Shown: positions 25,068 through 39,569 of the stretch, piece after piece
Layout: each line of letters opens with the position of its first letter
Numbering within the stretch: position 1 is the stretch's first letter
Source of the DNA: Escherichia coli
GTDB taxonomy: Bacteria; Pseudomonadota; Gammaproteobacteria; Enterobacterales; Enterobacteriaceae
DNA: 64,000 nucleotides
Assembly (NCBI RefSeq): GCF_003018255.1
Contig: NZ_CP027440.1
Strand: one strand, 5' to 3'
Notes under the pieces: model-generated
The model's database searches: none
Told to the model about the DNA's origin: nothing
What the model saw: only the letters and a program-made list of their open reading frames with translations
Translations under genes and position numbers: made by a program

Positions 25068-25565
25068 TCAAGTGTTTTGTAGAAATTGTTGCCACAAGGT
25101 CTGCAATGCATACGCAGTAGCCTGACGACGCACCGCATCACGGTCACCGCTGAAACATTCCCGCCGGGTAATGCCTTCACCACGGGCAGTGGCAAAAGCA
25201 AACCAGACGGTGCCGACAGGTTTCTCTTCACTGCCGCCATCCGGCCCGGCGATACCACTAATAGACACGGCGTAATCAGCACGAGCCGCTTTCAGTGCGC
25301 CTATCACCATTTCCACCACGACAGGTTCGCTCACCGCGCCATGCTGTGCCAGCGTCTCTTCGCGTACACCGATCATTTGCGCTTTTGCTTCGTTACTGTA
25401 GGTGACAAATCCGCGTTCAAACCAGGCGGAACTGCCGGCAATATCGGTAATCACTTTCGCTACCCAACCGCCGGTACAAGACTCAGCAGTTGTTACGGTT
25501 GCGCCACGGGCTTTCAGCGACTGCCCAACCTGTTCGCTTAACTGCATCAGTTCACTGTCAGTCAT
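25068..25565 (-). CDS. pncC: NMN amidohydrolase (CinA-like)
   Basis: ORF 25068-25568; about 165 aa; recognised as PncC/YgaD. Confidence 0.88.
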   Translation of the reverse strand: MTDSELMQLSEQVGQSLKARGATVTTAESCTGGWVAKVITDIAGSSAWFERGFVTYSNEAKAQMIGVREETLAQHGAVSEPVVVEMVIGALKAARADYAVSISGIAGPDGGSEEKPVGTVWFAFATARGEGITRRECFSGDRDAVRRQATAYALQTLWQQFLQNT

Positions 25566-25709
25566 CACAACCTCTGTCAGTCAAAAATTTATGCCGGACA
25601 AGATAACACTTTCGTCAGGAAGATGGTGTTGGCGTTGCAATTTTACGAGGAGGATTCAGAAAAAAGCTGATTAGCCAGAGGGAAGCTCACGCCCCCCTCT
25701 TACAAATAG

Positions 25710-26795
25710 TTACTGTACGCGCGCCAGCGCCACGGCTTGTCCTAACTGCCAGACCGCCATTGCGTAATGGGTGCTGTGGTTATAACGGGTAATGGTGTAG
25801 AAGTTCGGCAGACCGTACCAGTACTGGTAGCCGGTGCCAACATCCAGACGCAGCAGGCTGGCTTGTTGATGGTTGCCCAGCGGCTGCTGTGGCGTTAAAC
25901 CTGCCGCGGCAAGCTGCGAAATGCTGTACTTGGTTTTGAAGCCATTTGGCAAGCCTGGAGCCTGACCGTTTGCCATCACCGCAACCTGATCACCTTTCAC
26001 CCAGCCGTGCGCTTTGAAATAGTTCGCCACACTACCAATGGCATCAACCGGATCCCACAGGTTGATATGCCCGTCGCCGCTGAAATCTACCGCATATTGT
26101 TTGTAAGACGACGGCATAAACTGTCCGTAGCCCATCGCCCCGGCAAAGGAACCTTTCAGATTGAGCGGATCGTCCTGCTCGTCGCGCGCCATCAGCAGGA
26201 AGGTTTCCAGCTCGCCAGAAAAATACTCCGCGCGGCGTGGGTAGTTAAATGACAGCGTTGCCAGCGCATCGAGGATGCGAGTTTTCCCCATCACGCGCCC
26301 CCAGCGGGTTTCAACGCCGATAATCCCGACGATAATTTCCGGCGGTACACCATACACCTGCCACGCGCGATTCAACGCATCTTCATACTGATTCCAGAAA
26401 ACCACACCGTTCTGCACGTTGTCCGGCGTAATAAATTTTTTGCGATAACGCAGCCATGCGCCGTTCGGACCTGATGGCGGTTTCACCGATGTGGTTGGTG
26501 CCTGGTTATCCATCAGCCGCAGTACCGAATCCAGACGTTTCGCCTGGGAGAGAATTTCCTGCAACTGCTGACGATCGAAACCGTGTTTGTTCACCATTTT
26601 GTCGATGAACTGCTGGGCATTCGGATTATTGGCGAAGTCACCGCCCATCTGCATCACATTGTGCTGCGGCTCAAGCAGGAAGCCGCCAGACGGCGTTCCG
26701 GTGGTCGTTTCAGTCTCAGTAGGTTTTGGCTTGCTGCTACAGGCGGCAAGCAACACAAAAAGGGGAAGCAATGTTACATAACGACGCTTGAACAT
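25710..26795 (-). CDS. mltB: membrane-bound lytic murein transglycosylase B
   Basis: ORF 25710-26900; start placed at MFKRRYVTLLPLFVLLAACSS lipoprotein signal (361 aa). Confidence 0.88.
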   Translation of the reverse strand: MFKRRYVTLLPLFVLLAACSSKPKPTETETTTGTPSGGFLLEPQHNVMQMGGDFANNPNAQQFIDKMVNKHGFDRQQLQEILSQAKRLDSVLRLMDNQAPTTSVKPPSGPNGAWLRYRKKFITPDNVQNGVVFWNQYEDALNRAWQVYGVPPEIIVGIIGVETRWGRVMGKTRILDALATLSFNYPRRAEYFSGELETFLLMARDEQDDPLNLKGSFAGAMGYGQFMPSSYKQYAVDFSGDGHINLWDPVDAIGSVANYFKAHGWVKGDQVAVMANGQAPGLPNGFKTKYSISQLAAAGLTPQQPLGNHQQASLLRLDVGTGYQYWYGLPNFYTITRYNHSTHYAMAVWQLGQAVALARVQ

Positions 26796-27032
26796 GAGGG
26801 GTCCATTTAACAGATTCAACCAGGGGCAAGTATGGTAAAGCATCACGCCCCGCACAAGGAAGCGGTAGTCACTGCCCGATACGGACTTTACATAACTCAA
26901 CTCATTCTCCTCGCTATCCTTTTATTCAAACTTTCAAATTAAAATATTTATCTTTCATTTTGCGATCAAAATAACACTTTTAAATCTTTCAATCTGATTA
27001 GATTAGGTTGCCGTTTGGTAATAAAACAATAA

Positions 27033-28570
<1,538 letters not shown>

Positions 28571-28580
28571 AGGCTGAAAC

Positions 28581-29735
<1,155 letters not shown>

Positions 29736-29741
29736 TTAACA

Positions 29742-29766
29742 GCGGAGATCCGTTAAGGATCTCCGC
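29742..29766 (+). terminator. perfect hairpin after srlD
   Basis: GCGGAGATCC-GTTA-AGGATCTCCGC; no strong T-run follows, so terminator function is uncertain. Confidence 0.45.
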
Positions 29767-29780
29767 GAGACTAATAAAAT

Positions 29781-29805
29781 GCCTGATGCGCTACGCTCAT
29801 CAGGC
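29781..29805. repeat. REP element
   Basis: GCCTGATGCGCTACGCTCATCAGGC, classic REP palindrome, in srlD-gutM spacer. Confidence 0.75.
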
Positions 29806-29840
29806 ATACAGGACTTCCGCCACTACATTAAGGAAAAGTT

Positions 29841-30200
29841 ATGGTATCCGCACTCATCACCGTCGCCGTTATCGCCTGGTGTGCGCAACTGGCCTTAGGC
29901 GGTTGGCAAATTTCTCGTTTTAACCGTGCCTTCGACACACTATGCCAGCAAGGGCGGGTTGGCGTGGGCCGTTCCAGCGGGCGCTTTAAACCGCGGGTCG
30001 TGGTCGCCATCGCCCTGGACGATCAGCAACGCATCGTCGACACCTTGTTTATGAAAGGACTGACCGTCTTCGCCCGACCACAAAAAATTCCCGCAATTAC
30101 CGGTATGTATGCGGGTGATTTACAGCCCGATGTGATCTTTCCCCATGATCCACTATCACAGAATGCTCTATCATTGGCGCTTAAACTGAAACGTGGATAA
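29841..30200 (+). CDS. gutM: glucitol operon activator
   Basis: 119-aa ORF; recognised as GutM. Confidence 0.9.
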   Translation: MVSALITVAVIAWCAQLALGGWQISRFNRAFDTLCQQGRVGVGRSSGRFKPRVVVAIALDDQQRIVDTLFMKGLTVFARPQKIPAITGMYAGDLQPDVIFPHDPLSQNALSLALKLKRG

Positions 30201-30266
30201 TTTCGTTGTGAATGTTACTTGCTTGCGAAGTTATCATTTTGAAACCTAAATCAGGTAATCACGCCC

Positions 30267-31040
30267 ATGAAACCTCGTCAGCGTCAGGCCGCCATTCTGG
30301 AGTATCTGCAAAAGCAGGGTAAATGCTCGGTTGAAGAATTGGCGCAATACTTTGACACCACAGGCACAACCATTCGCAAAGATCTGGTCATTCTGGAACA
30401 TGCCGGAACCGTCATTCGTACTTATGGCGGAGTGGTGTTGAATAAAGAGGAATCCGATCCGCCAATCGATCATAAAACACTCATCAACACCCACAAGAAA
30501 GAGCTGATTGCAGAAGCTGCCGTTAGTTTTATCCATGATGGCGATTCGATCATTCTTGATGCTGGCAGTACCGTTTTGCAGATGGTCCCCCTGCTCTCGC
30601 GCTTTAATAACATCACAGTGATGACCAACAGCCTGCATATCGTCAATGCGCTATCCGAACTGGATAACGAACAAACTATCCTGATGCCAGGCGGAACATT
30701 TCGTAAAAAATCGGCCTCATTTCACGGGCAACTGGCAGAGAATGCCTTCGAGCATTTCACCTTCGATAAATTGTTTATGGGCACCGACGGCATCGATCTC
30801 AATGCGGGCGTAACCACGTTCAACGAGGTTTATACCGTCAGTAAGGCAATGTGCAATGCCGCGCGCGAAGTGATTTTGATGGCGGACTCATCAAAGTTTG
30901 GCCGTAAAAGCCCCAACGTAGTTTGCAGTCTTGAAAGCGTCGATAAGCTAATTACCGACGCAGGTATCGATCCAGCGTTTCGTCAGGCGCTGGAAAAGAA
31001 AGGGATCGACGTGATCATAACCGGAGAGAGCAATGAGTGA
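30267..31040 (+). CDS. srlR: DeoR-family glucitol operon repressor
   Basis: 257-aa ORF; recognised as SrlR. Confidence 0.92.
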   Translation: MKPRQRQAAILEYLQKQGKCSVEELAQYFDTTGTTIRKDLVILEHAGTVIRTYGGVVLNKEESDPPIDHKTLINTHKKELIAEAAVSFIHDGDSIILDAGSTVLQMVPLLSRFNNITVMTNSLHIVNALSELDNEQTILMPGGTFRKKSASFHGQLAENAFEHFTFDKLFMGTDGIDLNAGVTTFNEVYTVSKAMCNAAREVILMADSSKFGRKSPNVVCSLESVDKLITDAGIDPAFRQALEKKGIDVIITGESNE

Positions 31041-31998
31041 AGCACTACTGAACGCGGGACGTCAGACGTTAATGCTGGAGTTGCAGGAAGCAAGCCGTTT
31101 ACCGGAACGTCTGGGCGATGATTTTGTTCGCGCCGCCAATATCATCCTGCACTGCGAAGGCAAAGTGGTGGTTTCGGGAATTGGCAAATCGGGCCACATT
31201 GGTAAGAAAATCGCCGCAACGCTTGCCAGCACCGGCACTCCTGCCTTTTTTGTCCATCCGGCAGAGGCATTGCACGGCGACCTGGGGATGATCGAAAGCC
31301 GCGATGTGATGCTGTTTATCTCTTACTCCGGTGGCGCGAAGGAACTGGATCTGATTATTCCGCGTCTGGAAGATAAATCTATCGCGCTGCTGGCGATGAC
31401 CGGCAAACCGACGTCACCGCTGGGCCTGGCGGCGAAAGCGGTGCTGGATATCTCCGTAGAACGCGAAGCCTGCCCGATGCACCTTGCGCCGACCTCCAGC
31501 ACCGTCAATACCCTGATGATGGGTGACGCGCTGGCGATGGCGGTCATGCAGGCGCGCGGATTTAATGAAGAAGATTTTGCCCGCTCCCACCCTGCTGGAG
31601 CACTGGGCGCTCGCTTGCTGAATAAAGTGCATCATCTGATGCGCCGTGACGATGCCATCCCGCAGGTGGCGTTAACCGCCAGCGTGATGGACGCGATGCT
31701 GGAACTTAGCCGCACCGGTTTAGGTCTGGTGGCAGTGTGCGATGATCAACGACTGGTGAAAGGCGTCTTTACCGACGGTGATTTACGTCGCTGGCTGGTT
31801 GGCGGCGGCGCACTCACCACGCCAGTCAATGAAGCGATGACGGTCGGCGGCACCACGTTGCAATCGCAAAGCCGTGCCATCGACGCCAAAGAAATCCTGA
31901 TGAAACGCAAAATCACCGCCGCACCGGTAGTGGATGAAAACGGCAAACTCACCGGCGCAATTAACCTGCAGGATTTCTATCAGGCCGGGATTATTTAA
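31033..31998 (+). CDS. gutQ: D-arabinose 5-phosphate isomerase (SIS + tandem CBS domains)
   Basis: 321-aa ORF overlapping srlR stop; recognised as GutQ. Confidence 0.92.
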   Translation: MSEALLNAGRQTLMLELQEASRLPERLGDDFVRAANIILHCEGKVVVSGIGKSGHIGKKIAATLASTGTPAFFVHPAEALHGDLGMIESRDVMLFISYSGGAKELDLIIPRLEDKSIALLAMTGKPTSPLGLAAKAVLDISVEREACPMHLAPTSSTVNTLMMGDALAMAVMQARGFNEEDFARSHPAGALGARLLNKVHHLMRRDDAIPQVALTASVMDAMLELSRTGLGLVAVCDDQRLVKGVFTDGDLRRWLVGGGALTTPVNEAMTVGGTTLQSQSRAIDAKEILMKRKITAAPVVDENGKLTGAINLQDFYQAGII

Positions 31999-33509
31999 TC
32001 CTTCAGCCCCAGACGTTTCGCCAGCCGATGCAGGTTGGCGACGTCGGTTTCCAGCATCCGCGCACAGGCGGCCCAGTTGTGATGATTTTGCGCCAGTGCC
32101 TGACGAATGGTTTCACGCTGGAACGCTTCTGTCGCTTCACGCAGGTTTTGCTTAACGATAGGCACCGCCGCCGCTTCTGGCGGCGGCAACGTCACCTCAG
32201 GAAAAGCAAAATGTTGCGCCTCAAGAATCACTTCATCGCCGCTGCGAGTGGCTCTCGACAGTACTACCGCCCGATGAATAGCATGTTCCAGTTCGCGCAC
32301 GTTTCCCGGAAAACTGTAGTGTTGCAGTAAATTTCGCGCCCCGGCACTTAATACCACGCGGGAGAGCCCCAGCCGCAAACGACACTGCTCGCAGAAATAC
32401 CCCGCCAGCAGAATGACATCATCGCCCCGCTCACGCAGCGGCGGCACCGAAAGTGGAAACACGCTCAGGCGATGAAACAAATCGGCGCGGAATCGCCCTG
32501 CCAGCACCTCTTCGCGTAAATCGCGGTTAGTCGCCGCCAGCACGCGCACATCGACCCGCAAACTGCGGTCATCGCCAACGCGCTGAATATCGCCATACTG
32601 CAACACCCTCAGCAGCTTGGCCTGCAATGCCAACGACAACTCGCCGATCTCATCGAGAAACAGCGTGCCGTTATCCGCCATTTCAAACTTCCCGCTGCGG
32701 TTACTGATAGCACCAGTAAACGCCCCTTTCACATGCCCGAACAACTCACTTTCCGCCACACTTTCCGGCAGTGCGGCACAGTTGAGATAGACCAGCGGAT
32801 TCACCGCCCGTGGCGAGGCTTCATGAATCGCTTTCGCCACCAGCTCCTTACCGGTTCCCGTCTCACCGCTAATTAAAACGTTGAGATCGGATGCCGCCAC
32901 AATCTCAATCTCTTTTTTCAATTGCGTCATGCCTGGGGACAAACCAATCATCTGCGTCTGTTTCACCGCTTCAAACGGCGCGGCATCGCCTGGCAGCATA
33001 TTCTGGCTTTCCAGTTGTTCAATCAGTAACGCATTACTTAACGCTCCCGCCGCCAGTGCGGCAATCAGCCGTAGCTCTTCGTCGCTGAAAACATCGAACT
33101 GATCGGGCTGCATCCCGTCGAGCGTCAAGGCACCGATCAGGTTTTGCCCGGCAAACAACGGCAAACCAACGCAGGCGTGAACCTTCAGACTCTCCTGCCC
33201 TGGAATCAAACCGTCATAAGGATCGGGCAATTCGCTGTCTGCGGGAAAGCGCACCACATCACCCGCGCGGGCAATCGCTTCCAGCCGTGGATGACCTTCC
33301 AGCGCAAAGCGTCTACCGAGTACATCCTTCGCCAGCCCGTCGATGGCAAGCGGAATAAACTGCCGCGAGTCGTAACGTAGCAACGCAGACGCATCGCACT
33401 CCAGCACCTGACGCAGCGTGGTGATCAGGCGCTGAAAACGATCCTGATGACCAATCCCACGCTGCAATTCGATGGCGATATTCGCCAGCACATCAACGGA
33501 AAAACTCAT
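31995..33509 (-). CDS. norR: sigma-54-dependent NO-responsive transcriptional activator
   Basis: 504-aa ORF with AAA+ Walker A GETGTGKE and GAFTGA sigma-54 contact motif; recognised as NorR. Confidence 0.94.
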   Translation of the reverse strand: MSFSVDVLANIAIELQRGIGHQDRFQRLITTLRQVLECDASALLRYDSRQFIPLAIDGLAKDVLGRRFALEGHPRLEAIARAGDVVRFPADSELPDPYDGLIPGQESLKVHACVGLPLFAGQNLIGALTLDGMQPDQFDVFSDEELRLIAALAAGALSNALLIEQLESQNMLPGDAAPFEAVKQTQMIGLSPGMTQLKKEIEIVAASDLNVLISGETGTGKELVAKAIHEASPRAVNPLVYLNCAALPESVAESELFGHVKGAFTGAISNRSGKFEMADNGTLFLDEIGELSLALQAKLLRVLQYGDIQRVGDDRSLRVDVRVLAATNRDLREEVLAGRFRADLFHRLSVFPLSVPPLRERGDDVILLAGYFCEQCRLRLGLSRVVLSAGARNLLQHYSFPGNVRELEHAIHRAVVLSRATRSGDEVILEAQHFAFPEVTLPPPEAAAVPIVKQNLREATEAFQRETIRQALAQNHHNWAACARMLETDVANLHRLAKRLGLKD

Positions 33510-33521
33510 CTTTGCCTCACT

Positions 33522-33577
33522 GTCAATTTGACTATAGATATTGTCATATCGACCATTTTATTGATAGTCATTTTGAC
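33522..33577. promoter_or_regulatory. three NorR enhancer sites (GT-N7-AC)
   Basis: GTCAATTTGAC (33522-33532), GTCATATCGAC (33543-33553), GTCATTTTGAC (33567-33577) in the norR-norV divergent spacer. Confidence 0.8.
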
Positions 33578-33632
33578 TACTCATTAATGAGCACAATTTT
33601 ATTTATAGAGTAAAAACAATTAGATAAAAAAC

Positions 33633-33648
33633 TGGCACGCAATCTGCA
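33633..33648 (+). promoter_or_regulatory. sigma-54 (-24/-12) promoter of norVW
   Basis: TGGCAC-gcaat-CTGCA about 50 nt upstream of norV ATG. Confidence 0.8.
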
Positions 33649-33695
33649 ATCAGCAAGACATCTTTTTAGAACACGCTGAATAAATTGAGGTTGCT

Positions 33696-35135
33696 ATGTC
33701 TATTGTGGTGAAAAATAACATTCATTGGGTTGGTCAACGTGACTGGGAAGTGCGTGATTTTCACGGTACAGAATATAAAACGCTGCGCGGCAGCAGCTAC
33801 AACAGCTACCTCATCCGCGAAGAAAAAAACGTGCTGATCGACACCGTCGACCATAAATTCAGCCGCGAATTTGTGCAGAACCTGCGTAATGAAATCGATC
33901 TGACGGATATCGATTACATCGTAATTAACCATGCTGAAGAGGACCACGCCGGGGCGCTGACCGAACTGATGGCACAAATTCCCGATACGCCGATCTACTG
34001 TACTGCCAACGCTATCGACTCGATAAATGGTCATCACCATCATCCGGAGTGGAATTTTAATGTGGTGAAAACAGGCGACACGCTGGATATCGGCAACGGC
34101 AAACAGCTCATTTTTGTCGAAACGCCAATGTTGCACTGGCCGGACAGCATGATGACTTACCTGACAGGCGACGCGGTACTGTTCAGTAACGATGCTTTCG
34201 GTCAGCACTACTGCGACGAGCATCTGTTCAACGATGAAGTGGATCAGACGGAGCTTTTCGAGCAGTGCCAGCGTTATTACGCCAATATCCTGACGCCGTT
34301 CAGCCGCCTGGTAACGCCGAAAATTACCGAGATCCTGGGCTTTAACTTACCAGTCGATATGATAGCGACCTCTCACGGCGTGGTATGGCGCGATAACCCG
34401 ACGCAAATTGTCGAGCTGTACCTGAAATGGGCGGCGGATTATCAGGAAGACAGAATCACCATTTTCTACGACACCATGTCGAATAATACCCGCATGATGG
34501 CCGATGCTATAGCCCAGGGTATTGCGGAAACCGACCCACGCGTAGCGGTGAAAATTTTCAACGTCGCCCGAAGCGATAAAAACGAAATCCTGACCAATGT
34601 CTTCCGCTCAAAAGGCGTGCTGGTCGGCACTTCGACGATGAATAACGTGATGATGCCAAAAATCGCCGGGCTGGTGGAGGAGATGACTGGTTTACGCTTT
34701 CGTAACAAACGCGCCAGTGCTTTCGGCTCTCACGGCTGGAGCGGCGGTGCGGTGGATCGTCTTTCCACACGCCTGCAGGATGCGGGTTTCGAAATGTCGC
34801 TTAGCCTGAAAGCCAAATGGCGACCGGACCAGGACGCTCTGGAGCTATGTCGTGAACACGGTCGCGAAATCGCCCGTCAGTGGGCGCTCGCGCCGCTGCC
34901 GCAGAGCACGGTGAATACGGTGGTTAAAGAAGAAACCTCTGCCACCACGACGGCTGACCTCGGCCCACGGATGCAGTGCAGCGTCTGCCAGTGGATTTAC
35001 GATCCGGCAAAAGGCGAGCCAATGCAGGACGTTGCGCCAGGAACGCCGTGGAGTGAAGTTCCGGATAACTTCCTGTGCCCGGAATGCTCCCTTGGCAAAG
35101 ACGTCTTTGACGAACTGGCATCGGAGGCAAAATGA
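33696..35135 (+). CDS. norV: anaerobic nitric oxide reductase flavorubredoxin
   Basis: 479-aa ORF; C-terminal rubredoxin CxxC...CxxC; recognised as NorV. Confidence 0.94.
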   Translation: MSIVVKNNIHWVGQRDWEVRDFHGTEYKTLRGSSYNSYLIREEKNVLIDTVDHKFSREFVQNLRNEIDLTDIDYIVINHAEEDHAGALTELMAQIPDTPIYCTANAIDSINGHHHHPEWNFNVVKTGDTLDIGNGKQLIFVETPMLHWPDSMMTYLTGDAVLFSNDAFGQHYCDEHLFNDEVDQTELFEQCQRYYANILTPFSRLVTPKITEILGFNLPVDMIATSHGVVWRDNPTQIVELYLKWAADYQEDRITIFYDTMSNNTRMMADAIAQGIAETDPRVAVKIFNVARSDKNEILTNVFRSKGVLVGTSTMNNVMMPKIAGLVEEMTGLRFRNKRASAFGSHGWSGGAVDRLSTRLQDAGFEMSLSLKAKWRPDQDALELCREHGREIARQWALAPLPQSTVNTVVKEETSATTTADLGPRMQCSVCQWIYDPAKGEPMQDVAPGTPWSEVPDNFLCPECSLGKDVFDELASEAK

Positions 35136-36265
35136 GCAACGGCATTGTGATCATTGGTTCGGGCTTCGCCGCCCGCCAACTGGTGAAAAATATTCGCAAA
35201 CAGGACGCCTGTATTCCATTAACCCTGATTGCCGCCGACAGCATGGATGAGTACAACAAACCGGACCTCAGCCATGTTATCAGCCAGAGGCAACGTGCCG
35301 ATGACCTTACCCGCCAGACGGCGGGTGAATTTGCCGAGCAGTTTAATCTGCACCTGTTTCCGCACACCTGGGTAACGGATATCGATGCCGAAGCCCATGT
35401 GGTGAAAAGTCAGAATAATCAGTGGCAATACGACAAGTTAGTGCTGGCAACCGGTGCCAGCGCCTTTGTCCCGCCAGTGCCCGGGCGTGAGTTAATGCTG
35501 ACGTTAAATAGTCAGCAAGAGTATCGCGCCTGTGAAACGCAACTGCGGAATGCCCGACGCGTGTTGATTGTTGGCGGTGGCTTGATTGGTAGCGAACTGG
35601 CGATGGATTTTTGTCGTGCAGGCAAAGCGGTCACGCTAATCGACAACGCTGCCAGTATTCTGGCAGCGTTAATGCCACCGGAAGTAAGCAGCCGCTTGCA
35701 GCATCGGTTGACGGAGATGGGCGTTCATCTGCTGTTAAAATCTCAGTTGCAGGGGCTGGAAAAAACGGATTCTGGCATTCTGGCAACGCTGGACCGCCAG
35801 CGCAGCATCGAAGTGGATGCGGTAATTGCCGCCACCGGACTGCGCCCGGAAACCGCCCTGGCACGACGCGCCGGGCTGACGATTAATCGCGGCGTTTGCG
35901 TCGATAGTTATCTGCAAACCAGTAATGCCGATATTTATGCGCTGGGCGATTGCGCGGAAATTAACGGTCAGGTATTGCCGTTCCTCCAGCCGATTCAACT
36001 TAGCGCGATGGTGCTGGCAAAAAATCTTCTCGGCAATAACACGCCGCTGAAACTCCCGGCGATGCTGGTGAAAATCAAAACGCCGGAATTACCGCTGCAT
36101 CTGGCAGGCGAAACCCAGCGTCAGGATTTACGCTGGCAAATTAATACCGAACGCCAGGGAATGGTGGCGCGCGGTGTTGATGATGCCGACCAGCTTCGCG
36201 CCTTTGTGGTCAGTGAGGATCGGATGAAAGAGGCGTTTGGATTGTTGAAAACGTTGCCGGTGTAG
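35132..36265 (+). CDS. norW: NADH:flavorubredoxin reductase
   Basis: 377-aa ORF overlapping norV stop; N-terminal GSGFA FAD motif; recognised as NorW. Confidence 0.93.
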   Translation: MSNGIVIIGSGFAARQLVKNIRKQDACIPLTLIAADSMDEYNKPDLSHVISQRQRADDLTRQTAGEFAEQFNLHLFPHTWVTDIDAEAHVVKSQNNQWQYDKLVLATGASAFVPPVPGRELMLTLNSQQEYRACETQLRNARRVLIVGGGLIGSELAMDFCRAGKAVTLIDNAASILAALMPPEVSSRLQHRLTEMGVHLLLKSQLQGLEKTDSGILATLDRQRSIEVDAVIAATGLRPETALARRAGLTINRGVCVDSYLQTSNADIYALGDCAEINGQVLPFLQPIQLSAMVLAKNLLGNNTPLKLPAMLVKIKTPELPLHLAGETQRQDLRWQINTERQGMVARGVDDADQLRAFVVSEDRMKEAFGLLKTLPV

Positions 36266-36269
36266 GCGA

Positions 36270-36480
<211 letters not shown>

Positions 36481-36488
36481 AACACGCT

Positions 36489-38741
36489 TTATCCGTTCTG
36501 GACTTCACCCGCTAACCAGCGCGCCGCAGCAATAACCCCCTGCCCCAGAGACAATCCACCATCGCCCGCCGGTAAACTCTGCGGGAAGAGCAACGTAAAA
36601 TCAGCAAGATAATGCGCCAGACGTGCACGCAGCAAACGGTTATGAATAACTCCGCCGCTAAATACCAGCGTAGTGATACCCCGCATCGTGGCCTGCTCAC
36701 GCATCAACGCGGCAAAACCCTGCGCCAGCGCATCATGAAACGCCCACGCGCGTTGATTAACCGGAGCCTGCCAGCTCAGCCACTGCTGCCAGAAAGTGGC
36801 GAGATCCAGTTGATTGTCCACCAGCGGCATCGTCACCGGATGCGTCACTCCGTCGCACGAAGCTGCGAGCGCCTCCAGAGCACAAGCCGCTTCACCTTCA
36901 TAACTTAACGTGGCTGGCGCACAGCCCAGTCCCGCCGCCACAGCATCGAACAAACGCCCACACGATGACGCCAGCGGCGCGTTAATTCCACGCTCAATGG
37001 CCCGCGCCAGCACGCTCCAGTTTTGCTGTTGCACACTTGCCGTTTCAGGGTAATTCTGCCACTCCGGCACAAAGCGCAGGCACTGCGCCAGCAGGTTACG
37101 CCACGGCTGCTTCGCCGCCAAATCGCCCCCAGCAAGCGCCACTGCAGGCAAGCCGCCCAGGTGCTGGCATTCGCGATAGTTCACCCGCAGGCACTCGCCG
37201 CCCCACAAAGCGCCGTTCTCCCCCATACCGATACCGTCGAGCGTCAACGCAATGACATCACCGCCATCCAGTGGCCAGTGATGTTCTGCCAGACACGCCG
37301 CCGCATGAGCATGATGATGCAGCACCGTTTGCGTCGGCAGATTCATCTCACGCGCCCACTGGCTGGAGACATAGCCCGGATGCGCGTCATGCACAACGTA
37401 TTGCGGGGTGAAATCGTAGATGTTTTGCATCAGGCGTAACGCTTCGCGCCACTGCATCTGGATGCCATCGTCACTTAAATCGCCCAGATGCTGGCTCAAC
37501 ACCGCTTGTTCACCGCGCACCAGGCAGAAGGTATTTTTCAGATCCGCGCCGAGACACAGCACAGGCGGAACATTTTTAAAGCCCGGAGGCAAAGCCAGCG
37601 CATCCGGCACATACCCCCGCGAACGGCGCAGCATTTCGCCGCTTTCGCGCACCACCGAATCATCCATCCGCTGCACGATGTCGCGGTTATGTATCAAGAA
37701 TCCGTCGGCAATGCCCTGCAAATCCGCCAGCGCCTGTTCGTTGCTGATAGCCGGTGGTTTACCGCTCAGGTTGCCGGAGGTCATCACCAGCGGGCATTGC
37801 AGTTCCTGTAACAGCAAATGCTGGAGCGGGTTCGCAGGCAACATCACCCCAACTTCGTTAAGGCCAGGGGCGATATCATCACAAAGCTCAGGAACGTATT
37901 TTTTATCCACCAGCACAATCGGCGCGGCGGGTGTGGTAAGCAACTGACGGGCAGCGTCTGGTAAACCTTCTGCCACTGGCAACATAACCGCCAGCGGTTT
38001 CGCCGGGCGATGTTTGCGCGCCCGCAGTGTCGCCACCGCGTTACTGTTACGCGCATCGCAGGCGAGATGAAATCCGCCAATCCCTTTGATGGCGACAATG
38101 TTGCCCATTTTTAACTGTGCGATAGCTGCCTGTAATGCCGCCTCTTGTTCTGCATGTTCACCATGACTTACCCATTCAAGATGGGGGCCACACTCCGGGC
38201 AGGCCACCGGCTGGGCGTGGAAGCGACGATCGAGCGGGTCACGGTACTCTTTGTCACAGGCCGGACACAGCGGAAACGCCGCCATCACGGTAAACGGGCG
38301 GTCGTAAGGCATGGCGCGAATAATGGTGAAACGCGGACCACAGTGAGTACAGTTGATAAACGGATAACGCCAGCGTCGTTCGCCTGGGGTATTCATTTCG
38401 GCAAGACAAGCAGGGCAAGTCGCGGCATCCGGGACAATTTGCGTATTCATGACGCCACCCGCGCTCTGGCGGATGGTGAACTCAGTGGGCAGTTGTGACC
38501 AGATAAACGGCTCACGCTCGACGCTATCAATACGCGCCAGTGGCGGGCAGTGCTGATGCAACTGCACAAGAAACGTTTCCGGATCTTCCAGCAGCCGGAC
38601 TTCTACGCCATCGCCGTCATTACAGACATCGCCGTGAAGATTTAATTGCTGTGCCAGTTGCCAGACAAACGGACGAAAACCGACGCCCTGCACTTTGCCA
38701 CGAATACGCAGTTGGACACCGCAAGATGTGTTTTTTGCCAT
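36489..38741 (-). CDS. hypF: [NiFe]-hydrogenase maturation carbamoyltransferase
   Basis: ORF 36489-38813; start placed at [27 protein letters not shown] (750 aa); recognised as HypF. Confidence 0.92.
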   Translation of the reverse strand: MAKNTSCGVQLRIRGKVQGVGFRPFVWQLAQQLNLHGDVCNDGDGVEVRLLEDPETFLVQLHQHCPPLARIDSVEREPFIWSQLPTEFTIRQSAGGVMNTQIVPDAATCPACLAEMNTPGERRWRYPFINCTHCGPRFTIIRAMPYDRPFTVMAAFPLCPACDKEYRDPLDRRFHAQPVACPECGPHLEWVSHGEHAEQEAALQAAIAQLKMGNIVAIKGIGGFHLACDARNSNAVATLRARKHRPAKPLAVMLPVAEGLPDAARQLLTTPAAPIVLVDKKYVPELCDDIAPGLNEVGVMLPANPLQHLLLQELQCPLVMTSGNLSGKPPAISNEQALADLQGIADGFLIHNRDIVQRMDDSVVRESGEMLRRSRGYVPDALALPPGFKNVPPVLCLGADLKNTFCLVRGEQAVLSQHLGDLSDDGIQMQWREALRLMQNIYDFTPQYVVHDAHPGYVSSQWAREMNLPTQTVLHHHAHAAACLAEHHWPLDGGDVIALTLDGIGMGENGALWGGECLRVNYRECQHLGGLPAVALAGGDLAAKQPWRNLLAQCLRFVPEWQNYPETASVQQQNWSVLARAIERGINAPLASSCGRLFDAVAAGLGCAPATLSYEGEAACALEALAASCDGVTHPVTMPLVDNQLDLATFWQQWLSWQAPVNQRAWAFHDALAQGFAALMREQATMRGITTLVFSGGVIHNRLLRARLAHYLADFTLLFPQSLPAGDGGLSLGQGVIAAARWLAGEVQNG

Positions 38742-38893
38742 TGAGTTATTCCCGCCATCATGAATTGCGTAACCCGCCCAGCCGGACACGACAGCGTCGC
38801 ATCCGGCAGTCACAGGTCGGCGATACTGCCCGCTTCGTATTCTACGAATATTTCCGGGAATTCCTTTGATGCCAGAACAGTTCAGTAAGATTT

Positions 38894-39421
38894 TTAGAAC
38901 ATCAGCGCCGTACGGCGACGTTTTTCTGCGCTCAGTTGTTCAAGTTTATTACGATCGACACAAATCAGCGCATGGGTCGGGCAAGCCGCCATACACGCCG
39001 GGCCGTCTTCACGATGGTTGCACAGGTCGCATTTATTGGCTTCGGCTTTGTCAGCCCGTACATTCAGCCCCGCGCCGCTGTTGCGAATCACCGGACGTAC
39101 CACCACTTCCATCGCGCCATACGGGCAAGCCACAACGCAGGTTTTGCAACCAATACAACGTTCCTGCATCACATGAACAAACCCTTTATCACGACTGATA
39201 GCACCATTCGGACAGACGTTAGCGCACGGTGCATCTTCACACTGACGGCAAACTGTCGCCGTGGAAATGTTCACACCTTTAATGACATGGATTCGCGGTA
39301 AAAAAGTTTCCGGGGTCAGCGATGCACAGTCCTGATTTTCCTGATGAGAAACCACGCACGCCACTTCACAGGTACGGCAACCAATACATTTACTCGCGTC
39401 AGCAATGATGAAACGGTTCAT
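38894..39421 (-). CDS. hydN: 4Fe-4S ferredoxin-type electron transfer protein
   Basis: ORF 38894-39436; start at [15 protein letters not shown] (175 aa); four CxxCxxCxxxCP clusters. Confidence 0.9.
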   Translation of the reverse strand: MNRFIIADASKCIGCRTCEVACVVSHQENQDCASLTPETFLPRIHVIKGVNISTATVCRQCEDAPCANVCPNGAISRDKGFVHVMQERCIGCKTCVVACPYGAMEVVVRPVIRNSGAGLNVRADKAEANKCDLCNHREDGPACMAACPTHALICVDRNKLEQLSAEKRRRTALMF

Positions 39422-39527
39422 CAAATTCTCCAGCAATGACAGTTAATGCGCCGATACATTCACAAATCATGCCAGTTTTTAATTTACTGTTATTTAAAGA
39501 AATTAAATTCTGTAATGCAGGAAAAAC

Positions 39528-39568
39528 GATGTCATCGACACTAGTGACGATGACATGTGATGACAATG
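39528..39568. promoter_or_regulatory. candidate FhlA-type enhancer motifs upstream of hydN-hypF
   Basis: ATGTCATCGACA ... TGACATGTGATGACA repeats resembling the TGTCA-N-TCGACA motifs near hyc/hyp promoters; overlaps ascG 3' end. Confidence 0.45.
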
Positions 39569-39569
39569 T

